Source of the DNA: an uncultured archaeon
GTDB lineage: Archaea > Asgardarchaeota > Thorarchaeia > Thorarchaeales > Thorarchaeaceae
Reading direction: 5' to 3'
DNA: 64,000 nt
Assembly: GCA_964473825.1 (NCBI GenBank)
Contig: CAYYQL010000003.1
Coordinates: 10,627 to 74,626, forward strand
Part shown: piece after piece, positions 1 to 9,612 of the stretch
Layout: the number at the start of each line of letters is the position of its first letter
Numbering within the stretch: the first letter of the stretch is position 1
Notes under the pieces: generated by a model
Told to the model about the DNA's origin: nothing
Database searches by the model: none
Seen by the model: the letters and a program-made list of their open reading frames with translations, nothing else
Position numbers and translations under genes: made by a program

Positions 1-20
1 TGAACGACAACGATCCTCTC

Positions 21-431
21 ATGGACGCTCTTAAGAAGATGGATGATGAGTTCTTAGCGGCAATGCTTGACGCCTTCCCAATGGAGTTCTCAGTCATCGA
101 TGCTGACGATAAAGTGCGATTCTGGAATCAGCACGAAACCCGCATCTTCCGTCGTGGATATGGGGTACTTGGCAAGGATGTGCGTAATTGTCATCCCAAG
201 AAGTCGCTGGACAAGGTCTTGGAGGTGATTATGTCTCTTCGTTCGGGAGAGAAGGACCATGTCGATTTCTGGATTGACTTACCTGCGGAGGGAGAACCGC
301 GAAAGCTCCTCATCAGGTATTTTGCGATTCGGGATGAGGATGGAAAGTATCTTGGCACTCTGGAGGCGACTATAAATCTCACTCCTCTTCAGAAGATAAC
401 CGGTGAGAATCGACTGGGCGACTTCAAGTAA
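21..431 (+). CDS. PAS-domain protein (PAS_10/DUF438-associated type); start may lie 1 nt before the window
   Basis: Motifs VIDADDKVRFWN, GKDVRNCHP and RDEDGKYLGTLE; the frame is open to the window edge. Confidence 0.8.
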   Translation: MDALKKMDDEFLAAMLDAFPMEFSVIDADDKVRFWNQHETRIFRRGYGVLGKDVRNCHPKKSLDKVLEVIMSLRSGEKDHVDFWIDLPAEGEPRKLLIRYFAIRDEDGKYLGTLEATINLTPLQKITGENRLGDFK

Positions 432-528
432 GCTTATGGCTCCTCGCGTTTCTCCTCTAAGAACACATTCATAAGGGATTCATTCACGATTGTTAAATAT
501 CAATTGTAGGACTGAGGTGTAGAATCAA

Positions 529-696
529 ATGGCTAAACTTGTTTGTGAATTGTGTGGGAAGGAAGTGTCTGTTCCTGTTCATTGTGGTAAAGAGATGCAC
601 CAAGAAGGCGACCAACTGGTCTGCTGGATGGGCAAAGCCTGTGGACATCAGGATATGCCCAGTCACTGCGGCCAGACCATGTCATTAAAAGACTGA
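529..696 (+). CDS. 55-aa Cys/His-rich metal-binding protein (below the ORF-track cutoff)
   Basis: Translates to MAKLVCELCGKEVSVPVHCGKEMHQEGDQLVCWMGKACGHQDMPSHCGQTMSLKD; GAGGTG SD upstream; two P-x-HCG-x2-M units. Confidence 0.8.
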   Translation: MAKLVCELCGKEVSVPVHCGKEMHQEGDQLVCWMGKACGHQDMPSHCGQTMSLKD

Positions 697-736
697 CCGG
701 TGCTAAGTATACCAACGAGAAGATGGAGAGATATCA

Positions 737-1285
737 TTGGTAGAGATACTAGAGGAGATCATGGAACGCCACAGCGGTCGAGCCTATTCTGAGAAACCTG
801 TCAGTAATGAAGCTCTCAAGTCCATACTTGAAGCCGGGCGGTGGGCCCCTTCGTGTTCAAACACTCAAGCATGGAACTTCGTAGTGCTCAAAGATGAAGC
901 TGCATTGAAAAAAGGTCATGAACATCTGAGTCGTGGGAATGCTTGGGGGAAGGTGGCTCCCGTTATGGTGATTGTTGCTGCAAAGGAAGACGCCGGTTGC
1001 CCTTCCCATGGTCTACCCTACTTCATGATGGATGTGGGACTGGCTGTTCAAAACATGCTTCTTCAGGCAGTTCACATTGGTCTGATGGGCCATCCAACTG
1101 CAGGATGGGACGAAGATGGGCTCAAAGCAGCGGCGGGTATGCCTGATGATTACCGTATCGTGACTGTAGTCTTCTTCGGTTATCGGGCGGACTTGGATAG
1201 CCTTGATGAAGAAACGCAAGAAAAGGAAACGACTCGCACAAACCGTCGCCCCTTTGATGATATTGTCCACTGGAACAAGTGGTAG
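737..1285 (+). CDS. Nitroreductase family protein
   Basis: RHSGRAYS, WAPSCSNTQAW and DVGLAVQNMLL motifs. Confidence 0.9.
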   Translation: MVEILEEIMERHSGRAYSEKPVSNEALKSILEAGRWAPSCSNTQAWNFVVLKDEAALKKGHEHLSRGNAWGKVAPVMVIVAAKEDAGCPSHGLPYFMMDVGLAVQNMLLQAVHIGLMGHPTAGWDEDGLKAAAGMPDDYRIVTVVFFGYRADLDSLDEETQEKETTRTNRRPFDDIVHWNKW

Positions 1286-1362
1286 ATCGGCATGCCGCAA
1301 CGCAGCGCCCCCTCCACAATGCTCTAATGTGGCACTGCTATCAACGATATAGGTGCATCAAA

Positions 1363-1728
1363 TTGCAGTACACCCTAGACCCCCTTCTCATGCTATTCCT
1401 TGTTCCCTCTCTCCTGGTCGGACTGGGTTCCGGTTACGTCATTGGGGGACAGGGACAACTCAGTGTTAGAGATAGGTTGGCAATCATCTCATCATTCGGT
1501 TTCATAGGCGGGCTGATCATGGGGATGTTTCTTGTCGCTTTCTCTACAGTGACAGGCACCTATTTCTTCGGTCTACAGATTTTATCTTGTATCGGGGGTA
1601 CTGTAGTTGGTGCTGCATCTAACTGGGTTCCTGTTGGAGAGAGCGGATTAACCAGCTACGTGGTCTTCGACCCAGATGATGACGAAGAGTTCGACAGACA
1701 GATAGATGAGGCACTGGGAAAGAGATGA
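1363..1728 (+). CDS. Small membrane protein (about 3 TM helices, acidic tail)
   Basis: Hydrophobic helices; start moved from 1279 to the TTG at 1363, which avoids the overlap with the nitroreductase gene. Confidence 0.6.
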   Translation: MQYTLDPLLMLFLVPSLLVGLGSGYVIGGQGQLSVRDRLAIISSFGFIGGLIMGMFLVAFSTVTGTYFFGLQILSCIGGTVVGAASNWVPVGESGLTSYVVFDPDDDEEFDRQIDEALGKR

Positions 1729-1819
1729 CTTGATGCCGGAAAATTTGCAAGTAAGCTCACACAATGAATTAAAGCGATTCTGCAGATACACATTCAGACA
1801 ACTCTAGGAATGAGAAACG

Positions 1820-3043
1820 ATGAAGCGTAATCTACCGCTAGCAGCCCTTATTATGATGACCCTCTTCATGTGGTCTGTACTCCTTACTCCGATAGACGCT
1901 CAACCCCCGGGATGGAGTGGAGACGGAAATCTTGCATTTCAGATGGAGATTAATGGAATATCGATTGCAGACTCTGATGCAGAGAATCCCATAGATGTGG
2001 GAGCGGATGCTGATCTCGGCATAGAGCTTCGAATCAATGTTGGAGCTGACATCATCCTGAAATCAGGTACCTTCGTGATGCGATACCTAGGGTTTCCCAT
2101 CATTGACCAGGCTTTTCCATTTGGCGTTCCCGTTTCATCGGGTACAACTCAAGAGCTGATGAACGAATCCCTGCCGCTGGGATCCCTTCTGAGTGTTGGA
2201 GGTCTCCCTCTGGTCACGGGAACAATCAATGGCACGTTTTCATTTGTGTACGCCTTATCCAGCAGCCCTGACACCAATGTCACGGTATCCGACTTCTTCA
2301 TCCTAAGGCTCGGAGGAACAGGATTCGGAGCCGTCTATTCGGTAACAGGACTTCTCACAGTTGGCTTCACGCTCATGTCAGTGTTCGGTCTCCTTATGGC
2401 ACTTGACGATTTCCAGCAGGGCATTCTTGCGGCAAGTAAGGTGCGTCGTGCGGGCAGTGCATCAGGCATTGGAATCTTTCCACGTGCGGTGGTCCTCCGC
2501 AGGCACAAGAAGGATGGCTCAGAGAAGGTAGAGAAAGATGAGCTTGTAAGGCGGGTGGCCCAAGCCGCCAGCAAGTCGTGGGACAAGACTCGCTGTCCAC
2601 GCTGTGGCAAGAAGTGGAAGGAAGACTCAGACAAGTGCTCTAAGTGTAATCTTCGGGTGTCAGAGGCGACTGATTTCTTCTCGAAAGACATAGGTAAGTA
2701 TGCTCCAAAGGCTCTGAAGGCCGTACCGTACGGCTCCAAGGTACCTGTTGGCAAGTTCGCCAAACGTCTAAAGCTCAAGCCCGATAAGGCGGGTGCGCTT
2801 GCTGCAGCTCTCACGGAGATGGGTGTTTTCCAGACGAAGAGCGTCAAAGTTCCCTTGAAGAAAGTTGCATTTTCTGGCATGACCTTGGCCGGAACTTATT
2901 GGAGCTGGATGCAACTGATCAGCGGTGCGATTCCGTCATGGGTAGATGTCCTCCTCACAACCGCAATGGGGCTTGTGGTATCCGTGCTGATTGGGTATTG
3001 CATGAATTTTCTTGCAAGAATGCCCAAGTTGGGATATGATTAG
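1820..3043 (+). CDS. Membrane protein with signal peptide, extracellular domain, TM helix, Zn ribbon, putative wHTH and C-terminal TMs
   Basis: N-terminal hydrophobic leader; CPRC...CSKC; basic helical segment. Confidence 0.7.
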   Translation: MKRNLPLAALIMMTLFMWSVLLTPIDAQPPGWSGDGNLAFQMEINGISIADSDAENPIDVGADADLGIELRINVGADIILKSGTFVMRYLGFPIIDQAFPFGVPVSSGTTQELMNESLPLGSLLSVGGLPLVTGTINGTFSFVYALSSSPDTNVTVSDFFILRLGGTGFGAVYSVTGLLTVGFTLMSVFGLLMALDDFQQGILAASKVRRAGSASGIGIFPRAVVLRRHKKDGSEKVEKDELVRRVAQAASKSWDKTRCPRCGKKWKEDSDKCSKCNLRVSEATDFFSKDIGKYAPKALKAVPYGSKVPVGKFAKRLKLKPDKAGALAAALTEMGVFQTKSVKVPLKKVAFSGMTLAGTYWSWMQLISGAIPSWVDVLLTTAMGLVVSVLIGYCMNFLARMPKLGYD

Positions 3044-3052
3044 TCTGCAGCT

Positions 3053-3100
3053 GTTCGGGGCCATCATGGGTTCAGGCGACTCATCTGTCAGGCCCCGAAC
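3053..3100. terminator. Stem-loop just downstream of the 1820..3043 gene
   Basis: 10-bp perfect inverted repeat GTTCGGGGCC/GGCCCCGAAC plus inner stem ATGGGTT/GACTCAT. Confidence 0.45.
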
Positions 3101-3321
3101 TCCCATTTTCTGATTGACAATGCCTCAGAAGGGTTGTTGCCCTCTCGTTCCAGATAGTCAAGTCATGCACATGCTATGGTCATATCGTCGCTACAAGAGC
3201 CTGCTTGCCTGGTAGCCCCCTGAAATCACAGGAACGTGACATTTTTCTCTCCTTATTCCTTCACCTAGTGTAGGCAAAGACCTATCATCTAGGTTGGGCC
3301 GTCAGTTAGTGGTGAATCGAT

Positions 3322-4074
3322 ATGAGTGAGTCCCGGTTTTCATACGGATGGGAGAATGATGAAGTTAGAGTAGAGATTCCTTATAGCGCAGCCGGCGTCA
3401 GTACGACGATTAGAGTCTCTTCCAAGTTCACCGGAAAGCTTATGCTCATGGACACTGGGGACGGTGCCTTGAGGGATTTGCTGGCAACAGAAGGGCCCAA
3501 GTTTGTGAACGAAACGGATCTCATTGCCCTAACCCACGGGCATTTCGATCACATTGGCGGTCTCTATTCACTGATAGGGTTCATGCGAATGATGCAGCGA
3601 AAGAAAACCCTGAACATCCTAATCCCCAGTGGATGTGTTGAAGCACATAACCTGATTGCCGATTATCGCAGATGTCATCGGGATTCGATGCCCTTCCATA
3701 CCTTCTGTCATGAAGTAGGACATGGCTCAGGATTTGACACTGACTTCTTCAAGGTGAGAGCAGAAGAAGTTGAGCACTTCGGTATGGAAAACATATCGGG
3801 GGAGGATAGGTTTATGCCGGCTCTGGGTTATAGAGTTCGGATTGGTCAGACGGAAATTGGATACACGGGGGACACTCGTATGTGTGACGCAGCAAAAGAG
3901 ATTGTGCGCGATGTTGACCTTGCCATCATCGAGGCCACTCTTGGTGAGGAATCTCCTTCAGAACCCCGTGTGCATCTCGCCGAGTCTGAAGCCAAGGAAC
4001 TTGGAGCTCTCGCAAAGGAGTCATTGTTGATTCATCGAATCCCCAATGTAGAGGGCTGGACTCAGCGGGAGTGA
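3322..4074 (+). CDS. MBL-fold metallo-hydrolase (RNase Z/BN-like)
   Basis: THGHFDHIGG, MDTGDG, YTGDT and IIEAT motifs. Confidence 0.85.
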   Translation: MSESRFSYGWENDEVRVEIPYSAAGVSTTIRVSSKFTGKLMLMDTGDGALRDLLATEGPKFVNETDLIALTHGHFDHIGGLYSLIGFMRMMQRKKTLNILIPSGCVEAHNLIADYRRCHRDSMPFHTFCHEVGHGSGFDTDFFKVRAEEVEHFGMENISGEDRFMPALGYRVRIGQTEIGYTGDTRMCDAAKEIVRDVDLAIIEATLGEESPSEPRVHLAESEAKELGALAKESLLIHRIPNVEGWTQRE

Positions 4075-4081
4075 CTGTGTA

Positions 4082-4975
4082 TTGGTCGCATCTGTCCATG
4101 TGGAGATAGACATCTCACTCTTGGACGATCTACTAGCTTATGTTCGGGGTACCAACTCAGGCATCCTAGATGCCATCATCCAACATCCGGCAGCAGTCAA
4201 GACGTACAATCATGCGGTAAGGTTTGGAAACACAACCCAGACGATGCGATCCTTCTGGGAGAGCATTCTTGAAACCAAACGCAGTCAGAGCATTGAAACA
4301 CTCGTGGCTGCAGAGAGTTCTCTTAGTCATCTGAGGCAAAACCGTGATATGTACGAAGACCTCTTCAATGAGCTCGAGATGTATCTTCCTGACGGATGTG
4401 ACCTTGAAACTGTTCTATATGCGATAATTGGCTACGATGTTGGAATAGTTTCTGAAGGTTCGGCTATTGTGAACTTTGCACACTCGTGGTTTCGAAAGGA
4501 TCCCCGTGAGATACCATTCATGGCCATGCACGAACTCCACCATGTTGGGTTTACCAGCTATAATCCCATATTCAAAATGAACGATGTAAAGACAATCACT
4601 GACCTTCTCGAAGTGATTCGTTATGCCACTCATCTTGAGGGGCTTGCTGTACATGCTCCTCTTCAGAAGCGCATCGAGTCCGGAGTCTTGGGTAACACAG
4701 ACTATCGAGTACTCCTTGATACATCGCTGCGTGACAGACGGGTGACGGAATACTTCGTTACGGTCAATAATCTCGAACAGGAGGGCCACCGCCCACTTGT
4801 TTCCAATGATTTGGAGGTACTAGAAGACATGTCTGGTCGAAATCGCCGACTCTGGTACATTGCAGGGGCTCATATGGCCATGCGTATTGATGAAGAACTT
4901 GGAAGACGGGCCCTGGTTCAGACCATAGTAGACGGGCCTGATGCTTTCTTTGACAGCTATAACACTGTGGTCTAG
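4082..4975 (+). CDS. Putative Zn-dependent protease (DUF5700/DUF2268-like)
   Basis: HELHH zincin motif with downstream EGLA. Confidence 0.7.
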   Translation: MVASVHVEIDISLLDDLLAYVRGTNSGILDAIIQHPAAVKTYNHAVRFGNTTQTMRSFWESILETKRSQSIETLVAAESSLSHLRQNRDMYEDLFNELEMYLPDGCDLETVLYAIIGYDVGIVSEGSAIVNFAHSWFRKDPREIPFMAMHELHHVGFTSYNPIFKMNDVKTITDLLEVIRYATHLEGLAVHAPLQKRIESGVLGNTDYRVLLDTSLRDRRVTEYFVTVNNLEQEGHRPLVSNDLEVLEDMSGRNRRLWYIAGAHMAMRIDEELGRRALVQTIVDGPDAFFDSYNTVV

Positions 4976-6000
4976 AAGAAGGGCCGAACTATTGCAAACA
5001 CACCTACAGCAAGAATTGCAGAAACAGGCACGGTCACAATCCATGAGATGACGATGTGTCTAATCTGGCGCTTCTTGACTGGTTCGCGAGATATCCATCC
5101 TACCGCGACCAGTGCCGCAACGAGAACATGGGTACCACTCAAAGGGAAGCCCAACCATGTACCAACAAACATCACCGTGCTCGTTGCGATGCTTGCTGAT
5201 AGAGCAGAAGTGGGTGAAAGAGTAACAACCTCTGTTGCAAGCGTCTTGAGAACTCGTCGTCCGACTACTGTCAGTCCCAGTGCCATCCCGATTCCTCCAA
5301 CGAGAAGCGGGACATATCCCATCGGGATGACAAGTGGGCCAAGAGCCGTTACACCCTTAAAAACCGGCAATCCGATGAGCGGAGCTACTGCATTGGCAAC
5401 GTCATTCCCTCCTCTGCTCAATGATGTTATAATCAGGAATACAGCCAAGCCGTAAGCTGCGATCCTCTCCTGTTTCTCTCTCGATGTCAGCCCAGTTGCG
5501 CTTTTCTGCAACCTCCTGACTCCAGCATAGACCAACCCACTGATGATAAAACCAATTGCAGGTGACACAATCCAGCCCGCAAATATCTGGCCGACAACCA
5601 CCCAGTCTACCAGATACGATTCGCCGTTGGTCAGGCCCAAGAACGGTCCTATGGCAACCACACCGATTACAGATCCTACAACACTCTGTGTTGTGCTGAT
5701 TGGCAGCCCGCGAGTAATAGATGCAACAAGAAGCCAGATTGCCATGGAGAGAAGAACAGCAAAGGCCATTGCCAGTGTGAGTGGACTTCCGCTTGCTATG
5801 TCTGAGGCGACTCGCTCTGATACGTTGGTTCCTAGGGTAAGTGCGCCAATGATGTTGATTGCTCCCCCAATGACAACCGCAGCATTAATGGTAAAGACTC
5901 TTGCACCAACTGCAGGGCTCATGGTTTCATCGTTACTTCCCACAGCGAAGGCGACGAGAAAACCTATGACGAGTAGCAAAGATAGGAGGAAGATATCCAA
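4972..6000 (-). CDS. PiT-family inorganic phosphate transporter
   Basis: GSND/GGNDVANA and GLPISTT/GFPLSGTH signature repeats; many TM helices. Confidence 0.9.
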   Translation of the reverse strand: MDIFLLSLLLVIGFLVAFAVGSNDETMSPAVGARVFTINAAVVIGGAINIIGALTLGTNVSERVASDIASGSPLTLAMAFAVLLSMAIWLLVASITRGLPISTTQSVVGSVIGVVAIGPFLGLTNGESYLVDWVVVGQIFAGWIVSPAIGFIISGLVYAGVRRLQKSATGLTSREKQERIAAYGLAVFLIITSLSRGGNDVANAVAPLIGLPVFKGVTALGPLVIPMGYVPLLVGGIGMALGLTVVGRRVLKTLATEVVTLSPTSALSASIATSTVMFVGTWLGFPLSGTHVLVAALVAVGWISREPVKKRQIRHIVISWIVTVPVSAILAVGVFAIVRPFF

Positions 6001-6017
6001 TGGGATGATTCCTCCGA

Positions 6018-6701
6018 CTAAACGTACCTGACAGCAATTGCTCGAATGAGGTCCGCGGTTTCCTCCGCTCGGATTGCCACTTCGAGTATCTCTGTTGAGA
6101 CCAGATGATAGTACATCGCATTAATCGGTCCGTACTCACCTGCGCATATCTTCCTGATGAGGTCGAATCTTGCATCTCGAGCCTCTTCTCTGATATCTTC
6201 GATCTTCCGTGAGTATTTGATGGACTCCTCGAAGTCAGTAAATATGTATTTTATAGCATCCTGCAGCATATCTGTACAATTCCAACACCTCTCAGATATA
6301 GTCACAATCTCCTTCGGAGGGTTCTTTCCACATCCCGCGAGAATGCTTCGAGCTCCTTCTTCTGCTGCATCGATAACGTGGTCCATCATGGTGATAAGGT
6401 CATACCGTTCCTGTGTTTGCTGAGGAAGATATGCATGCTTAGCGAAGACGCTATTGATCAGAGCGTCTTTGGTGTCATCCGCCTTTCGTTCTATCTCGAT
6501 TATCTCATCAGCAATCTCTCTTACCTTCTCCTCATCACCTTCGGCCCAGCACTCGACCTGGGCATGCAGCTTTGCACATGCCTTCTGGAGTAGCTTACTG
6601 AGACTGAGAAGAAGCCTCTCTGCTTCCTCCTGTAGTTCTTTGTCACCCAACCCAAATATCCGCGAGAAAGTTCCCATGATATCCTGCTCCCGTACTGTCA
6701 A
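6018..6701 (-). CDS. DUF47 (PhoU-like) phosphate transport accessory protein
   Basis: IEIERKADD motif; helical bundle; operonic with the PiT gene. Confidence 0.85.
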   Translation of the reverse strand: MTVREQDIMGTFSRIFGLGDKELQEEAERLLLSLSKLLQKACAKLHAQVECWAEGDEEKVREIADEIIEIERKADDTKDALINSVFAKHAYLPQQTQERYDLITMMDHVIDAAEEGARSILAGCGKNPPKEIVTISERCWNCTDMLQDAIKYIFTDFEESIKYSRKIEDIREEARDARFDLIRKICAGEYGPINAMYYHLVSTEILEVAIRAEETADLIRAIAVRYV

Positions 6702-6757
6702 TAATCATCTGCTCGATATCTTGCTGCCAGATATGACTTGCGTTCGTTCCGAGTTTC

Positions 6758-8536
6758 TTATTCCAAGACAGCTCTGATTCTCATTATACCTGAGCCAATG
6801 TTCTCTTGCTTTTTGATTTTGAACCGACCAAGAACAGCTGTATGGTCCACATGTGGGCCTCCACAGAGTTCCATACTGAAATCGCCAACGGAGTAAACGG
6901 AGACCTCATCTCCGTAGTTCTCCTTGAAGAAGGCTAGGGCCCCCCTCTCAATCGCCTCATCATATGACATGAATTCATGCTTCACTTTCATGTCTCTCTC
7001 TATGACATCATTTACCAACTTCTCTACACTCTCAATCTCGTCTGGTGTAAGCTTCCGATTGAAGCTGAAGTCGAATCTCAGCCTCTCCTTGGTGATATTG
7101 CTACCCATCTGCTTCACAGTGTTCCCTAGTACTCTGCGAAGAGCTTCCTGCAGAAGGTGCGTGGCCGTGTGCAGCTTGGTGATTGCTTCACTGTGGTCAG
7201 CAAGTCCTCCTTTGAATTTCCCTTGGCTCTCAGCACGAGATACTTCTCTGTGATGTTCGAACTCCTCTCTGAACTCATCCATGTCTATCTTGAGGCCACG
7301 TTCTTGGGCAATCTCTCTTGTAATCTCAATAGGCAAGCCATAGCTGGTGAACAACAAGAAGGCATCCTCGCCTGTTATATCTCCAGTATCATCGAGAATC
7401 CTTTCGAGTTTTCTTAGTGCACGTCGCAAAGTTCGCTTGAACTTCTTCTCCTCTCGTCTTAGATTCTCCATGACGAACCCGCGATTCCGTTCGACCTCTT
7501 CGTAAACATCTCTGTATACATCAATGACCATCTGTGCTATATCTTCCATGAAACCCCGCCTTAGTTCTAGTCGGTCTGCGCTCAGTATGGCCCTTCGGAG
7601 CAGCCGACGAACGACATAGCCGTGTTCAGTGTTCGAAGGTGCTATTTTTCTATCATCGGCCATTATCATGGTCGCGGCTTTCACATGGTCTGCCACAACT
7701 CGGACCTCGTGTTTATCAGATTCATTCAAGTCTCTCTGAGAGAGATTTTTGGTCTTGTCTACTATCGGGGTGAAGTTTTCCAATTCATAGACTGTTGAGA
7801 CCCCTTGTAGCATAGCGGCGGTTCTCTCCACTCCCATCCCCGTATCAACGTTCCTCTGTTCTAGTTTGGAGTAGGATCCGTCCTGTTCCTTGTTGTACTC
7901 CATAAACACATCGTTCCAAATCTCGAAGTAATGGCCACAGTTGCATCCGGGCATGCACTCGGGACCGCACTTTGGCACATTATCCACTTCCATGAACATC
8001 TCAGTACACGGACCACAGGGGCCGGTGATGCCTGCTGGACCCCACCAGTTATCCTTCTTCGGAAGGAAGTATATTCTCTCTTCGGGAATTCCCATCTCTT
8101 TCCATATTCTGGCTGATTCCTCATCTCTTGGAGCGTCTTTATCGCCGGCGAAGAGAGTAACAGACAGTCTCTGAGGGTCAAGACCAAGCCACTCCTTGGA
8201 GGTCAGAAACTCGAAACTCCACCTGATTGTTTCTTCTTTCCAATAATCCCCCAAGCTCCAGTTTCCTAGCATCTCAAAGAAGGTGAGATGACTTGGGTCA
8301 CTTACTTCTTCTATATCAGTTGTTCTGATGCATTTCTGACAGTTAGCAAGCCGTCTTCCCATGGGGTGTTTCTGCCCAAGCAAATAGGGTACAAGGGGAT
8401 GCATGCCTGCAGTGGTGAAGAGTACCGTCGGGTCGTGTTCAGGAACTAGCGATGCTGATGGGATTATGGCATGCTCCTTCTGCTTGAAAAACTGAAGATA
8501 CTTTTCTCTTAGCTCGTCGATACGCATCCGCCTCAC
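6758..8536 (-). CDS. alaS: Alanyl-tRNA synthetase, short form (aminoacylation and editing domains, no C-Ala)
   Basis: FTTAGMHP, FFEMLGN, DTGMGVER, HTATHLL and ELCGGPH motifs; ends at RIRAVLE. Confidence 0.95.
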   Translation of the reverse strand: MRRMRIDELREKYLQFFKQKEHAIIPSASLVPEHDPTVLFTTAGMHPLVPYLLGQKHPMGRRLANCQKCIRTTDIEEVSDPSHLTFFEMLGNWSLGDYWKEETIRWSFEFLTSKEWLGLDPQRLSVTLFAGDKDAPRDEESARIWKEMGIPEERIYFLPKKDNWWGPAGITGPCGPCTEMFMEVDNVPKCGPECMPGCNCGHYFEIWNDVFMEYNKEQDGSYSKLEQRNVDTGMGVERTAAMLQGVSTVYELENFTPIVDKTKNLSQRDLNESDKHEVRVVADHVKAATMIMADDRKIAPSNTEHGYVVRRLLRRAILSADRLELRRGFMEDIAQMVIDVYRDVYEEVERNRGFVMENLRREEKKFKRTLRRALRKLERILDDTGDITGEDAFLLFTSYGLPIEITREIAQERGLKIDMDEFREEFEHHREVSRAESQGKFKGGLADHSEAITKLHTATHLLQEALRRVLGNTVKQMGSNITKERLRFDFSFNRKLTPDEIESVEKLVNDVIERDMKVKHEFMSYDEAIERGALAFFKENYGDEVSVYSVGDFSMELCGGPHVDHTAVLGRFKIKKQENIGSGIMRIRAVLE

Positions 8537-8604
8537 CTTTGACTCGAGATGTTATTGAATCGCCACCTAAAAGGCGATTTTAACGCTTTCGTAGCATCGA
8601 AGTC

Positions 8605-9120
8605 CTATGATAGAATCAGACCTGCAGGCGTCATCCTATACCTCCTTAGTCGAGAAGTAAGCCATGGAAAGCGGTCCTGCCAGTCAAGGAACCTGTCGTT
8701 GCTCAGTATTTCTGCGTTTCTTTGCTGCGCAAGTCTGATTATGGTCAAATCGTCGTTCATTCCTCGGGGCGATTCGATGACAGAGATGCCATCTACCATA
8801 TTTCCCAGTACTTCAGGTCGATCAATCTTATGAATCAGTGCAGCCGACACCACAATGATGGGTCTGTATCCCACCTTTTTCAGACTCTGCAGCGCTAGAA
8901 TCAGGTTGTTTATTTTCGGTATGCCTCTGCTTGACAAGTAGTATGCCACGTTGTTTCCGTCTACAATCATGATACGCCGATGGCTAGGCTTGCTCGTCTT
9001 TGTCTGGACAATCCTCATCCTGCAGTGGCTAACATGGTCGTCCAGACGGTCTCGAGCGAAGAGTCTGTCACAGTAGGGGCATCGAGCTCGTTTGGGCACT
9101 GCACTTGTCTCCGATGACAC
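8605..9120 (-). CDS. Zc3h12a/NYN-like PIN ribonuclease with N-terminal C2HC zinc finger
   Basis: CPYC...HVSHC; IVDGNNVA, NDDLTII and ILSNDRFLDW acidic active-site motifs. Confidence 0.8.
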   Translation of the reverse strand: MSSETSAVPKRARCPYCDRLFARDRLDDHVSHCRMRIVQTKTSKPSHRRIMIVDGNNVAYYLSSRGIPKINNLILALQSLKKVGYRPIIVVSAALIHKIDRPEVLGNMVDGISVIESPRGMNDDLTIIRLAQQRNAEILSNDRFLDWQDRFPWLTSRLRRYRMTPAGLILS

Positions 9121-9612
9121 CGTTCTTCTGGAGTTTTCACAACATCATCTGACGACCTTCAAGCGCTGGCACAACCTAGGTGACCATGAAGAACCTCTCT
9201 ATCGAACGGGTCTAGGGTGTTGAGAGGACCTCAATTCATTAATGTACCGACCGCGTTCTTCATCCTTCATCAGCAAATCTGCTATTGGCTCCGAAACTGG
9301 ATGTAAAGGCGTCAATGCTCCCTATTCCCATGTTGAGCAGCAATGCCGCCGCCCTGTTGGTCTTGGCCTTACTGACGATTCTGCAAGCCACAGCAGACGC
9401 AATCAATGGAGCAAGACCGTTCACTGTAAGTTGGACAATTTTGGACACCTAATGTCCTGTCCGTTCAAGAGAGGCACTGGGTGGTCTCCATTGTGGTCAG
9501 CAATGCTGTGTGAGTGACCAGCTCTCAGTCGTGGTCTGGAGGATGCGGACTCCTAAGCTGAGATCTCCAACTTTATCTGGGTGTTCTGTAGATATTGCTA
9601 TACCCATTGCCA

